DNA of 63,645 nucleotides from Coniocarpon cinnabarinum (Eukaryota): NCBI GenBank assembly GCA_051942205.1, contig JAVECO010000137.1, positions 1 to 63,645 of the forward strand, read 5' to 3'. Shown piece by piece: positions 61,430 to 63,645 of this stretch (position 1 is its first letter; each line of letters starts with the position of its first letter). The notes under the pieces were generated by a model. It saw only the letters and a program-made list of their open reading frames with translations, ran no database searches and was not told where the DNA came from. The position numbers and the translations under genes were made by a program.

Positions 61430-62575
61430 CGAATTAGGGATGCTCCAGTCGACCAGAATATTTCCTGGAGCGCGGTTTCTCCAACGACAACATTCTCTAG
61501 GAATGCCTTCAAAATTTCGTCCTTCGCGTATTGTCCAGCACAATCAGCCAGAGATCATCGTCTGGTGAACCACACTTGCAGGAACAGGTTCAAAATCGAC
61601 GTACGGAACGTGCCCCGTGCGTTCAGCGTATGCGCCAGGCTCATGCATGCGGCACGGAACGGCAACTGTTGCAGACAAGCCCACCCGCTCATGTCAAACA
61701 TCTGTGGCTTAGACGCCATGGAATTTGTGACTCTAGGAAAACTCGCTACAGAAGGTTCGTTCAGATCTGACGACATCAAAGCACCTACAAGATAGCATCA
61801 CGCAGCTCTTTGGACGAGTAGCAGCAAATTGCGAAAAGAGCTGTAAAATGAATGACAGTAGCAAGATCAGTTGAGGAGCATCGCGCGTGGTTTTCGGTAC
61901 GTGAATTCTATCAGCCCAAGCCTTTCTAATCCTGGCCCCCAACCGCTCACCTGAGACTGAAAATGGCCCCGAAATAGATGTGGCGCATACTGCGGACCGG
62001 CCCGCTGACTGCTCACCTGCAGGGCTGGACTCCCATGTTGCTTTCACTTGCTCTGGCCCCCAGCCGACACTTCGGGAGACACCTTGCGTGTTCAAGCCTT
62101 CCCATCGCCGTCGTCCTCCCGCTGCGTCAGCGTCAAACCGCCAACTGGCCAGTATGACTTGGCAACTCCGCTGTGCGGCCTCTGCGGGCCTTTCGTTTCG
62201 TTCCTTCGACACCGAATGCCAACCCTTGCTCGACCACTGCTTCACTCTTCCACACGGCTTGACCTTCGTCACTCGTTCAATACATCCTATACTTTCATCC
62301 TAATAATGTCCCCTTTCTGGTAATCCGCTCTCGTGCTTCTTGAGATGCGGCGTCCAGTCTTGAACACTTGGGTTCTCGAGACAGAACAACATCACTACTT
62401 CACGGTTGTTGCACTTGATTTGTGACGCACGAACCTTTTTCAAGACCTACTCTTTCCTCTCTCGTCATCTCCCCATCCTGATCAGCTCTTCATCCTCGCC
62501 CGTCTTCTCGTTCATTGATCGATATAGAGCCTAAAGGGTCCTCGACTTTCCAGCTCTGGTCTTTCCTTTCCTCCA

Positions 62576-63645
62576 ATGGCCTTGACTACTGCCCTCGCTC
62601 TGCTCGCTCGCAGTACCGTTGACCTCCCACCTGTTGTAACTCTGTATCCTCGCCAGAACAACAACAATAATGACAATCAAGGAGGAGGAGGTGGGAGTGG
62701 TGGTGGGGGCGGCGGTGCCTTTGGCATAGCTCAGGCTGACGCTCAACCAACTTCCGGTAGCGAAAGCAAGGGCAAGGGCAATGGCAACAGCGACTCTGGC
62801 TCTGGTGGAGGGTCTGGAGGTGACGGCGGCGGAGCCTTCGGCCTAAACCAAGACAACAGAGGAGCATCGTCAGCTGCGGCGGATAGACAGCAAGACAACG
62901 GCAACCAAAAGGAAGGCAGCAACTCACGACCTCCATTCCCATCTTCAAGACCCTCGAGGTCGTCTCAAGATCAGTCAGAGCAGGGCGGCAACGGCAATAG
63001 TGGTGGCGACGGCGGCGGCGGCGGCGGCGGTGGCGGTAATGGCAATTCCAATAGCAATTCACGCAACAGTGACTCCAATGGAGAAGGCAGTAGCAATGAC
63101 AACAGCAACAGTAACAGCAACGGCAACGAACAAAACTCAAGAGAAGGGAAGTCAGGCCAAAGTGGCGATAGTAACGACAGCTCGAACAACCGCAACTCCA
63201 ATAACCAAGATTCTGACAGTCAAAACTCCAACAATCGCAACTCGAATGGCCAGAACTCAAACAATCAAGACTCATCCAACCGCAGTGGCAATTCAAACTC
63301 CAACTCTAACTCCAATTCCAACTCTAAGAATTCGAACAACCAAAACTCCAACAATCGCAATCAAAATTCCAATCAGAAGGGCGGCGGAGGCGGAGGCGGA
63401 GGCGGCGGAGCACATGGTGGCGGAAATGGTGGCAGCGGCGGCAACGGACAGGGTCAGAATCAAAACCAAACGCCCACGCCTGGTCCGCGTCGCACGCGTC
63501 CGCCGCCGCAAAAGACACAAGCATGCCAGGGCGGACAACAAGGCTACGGCAACCAACGCTGTGGCGGCGGCTTCAACCGCCCGTCAAGCTCGCGACATCA
63601 TCAACAGACATCACCACCGTATCAACCTGGCGAAGGTGGACAAGG
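62576..63645 (+). CDS. Gly/Asn/Ser/Gln-rich low-complexity protein, runs off the window end
   Basis: Open frame from ATG 62576 (MALTTALALLARSTVDLPPVVTLYPRQNNNNDNQGGGGG...) with no stop to 63645, so it is missing from the ORF track. Confidence 0.75.
   Translation, partial: MALTTALALLARSTVDLPPVVTLYPRQNNNNNDNQGGGGGSGGGGGGAFGIAQADAQPTSGSESKGKGNGNSDSGSGGGSGGDGGGAFGLNQDNRGASSAAADRQQDNGNQKEGSNSRPPFPSSRPSRSSQDQSEQGGNGNSGGDGGGGGGGGGNGNSNSNSRNSDSNGEGSSNDNSNSNSNGNEQNSREGKSGQSGDSNDSSNNRNSNNQDSDSQNSNNRNSNGQNSNNQDSSNRSGNSNSNSNSNSNSKNSNNQNSNNRNQNSNQKGGGGGGGGGGAHGGGNGGSGGNGQGQNQNQTPTPGPRRTRPPPQKTQACQGGQQGYGNQRCGGGFNRPSSSRHHQQTSPPYQPGEGGQ

Noticed and set aside
62586..63296. Cys/Arg-rich minus-strand ORF resembling a metallothionein
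   Set aside because: It is the reverse complement of AAC/AGC/GGC repeats in the + strand Asn/Gly-rich ORF.
1..63645. CRISPR arrays, rRNA, tRNA, MAT locus or secondary-metabolite backbone genes
   Set aside because: None recognised by eye. Small ncRNAs cannot be excluded without covariance-model searches.

Overview
Eukaryotic, intron-containing fungal DNA (filamentous ascomycete, Pezizomycotina; Dothideomycete-like by impression only). The first ~4.4 kb is an AT-rich, RIP-mutated transposon block: the 3' part of a chromodomain Ty3/Gypsy LTR element, apparently nested in a Tc1/mariner-like relic. The rest is gene-dense, about 26 genes. Recognisable genes are a divergent eL33/RPL35A, G6PD, NAP1, a MUG113/T5orf172 protein, a Ybt1-like ABCC transporter, a Sep1/Hcm1 forkhead factor, HIS3, RPC19, NDUFA6, BUD31, RAD16, TSC10, a PTH11-like protein, CDF and MFS transporters, an alpha/beta hydrolase, rhamnogalacturonase and AOS1. 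Two accessory-looking islands stand out. (i) 10.6-13.3 kb: three tandem orphan genes sharing four divergent copies of a ~95-aa domain I do not recognise. (ii) 46.9-54.3 kb: a large secreted, probably Kex2-processed protein whose intron-split middle domain (its catalytic exon is absent from the ORF track) has a CNF1/BLF1-like LxGC-x14-H deamidase signature. It is flanked by a degenerate GGACT/AIG2-like gene and a degenerate ARF-like GTPase lacking the switch-II Gln. All gene models were spliced by eye and all family assignments come from recalled motifs, not database searches.
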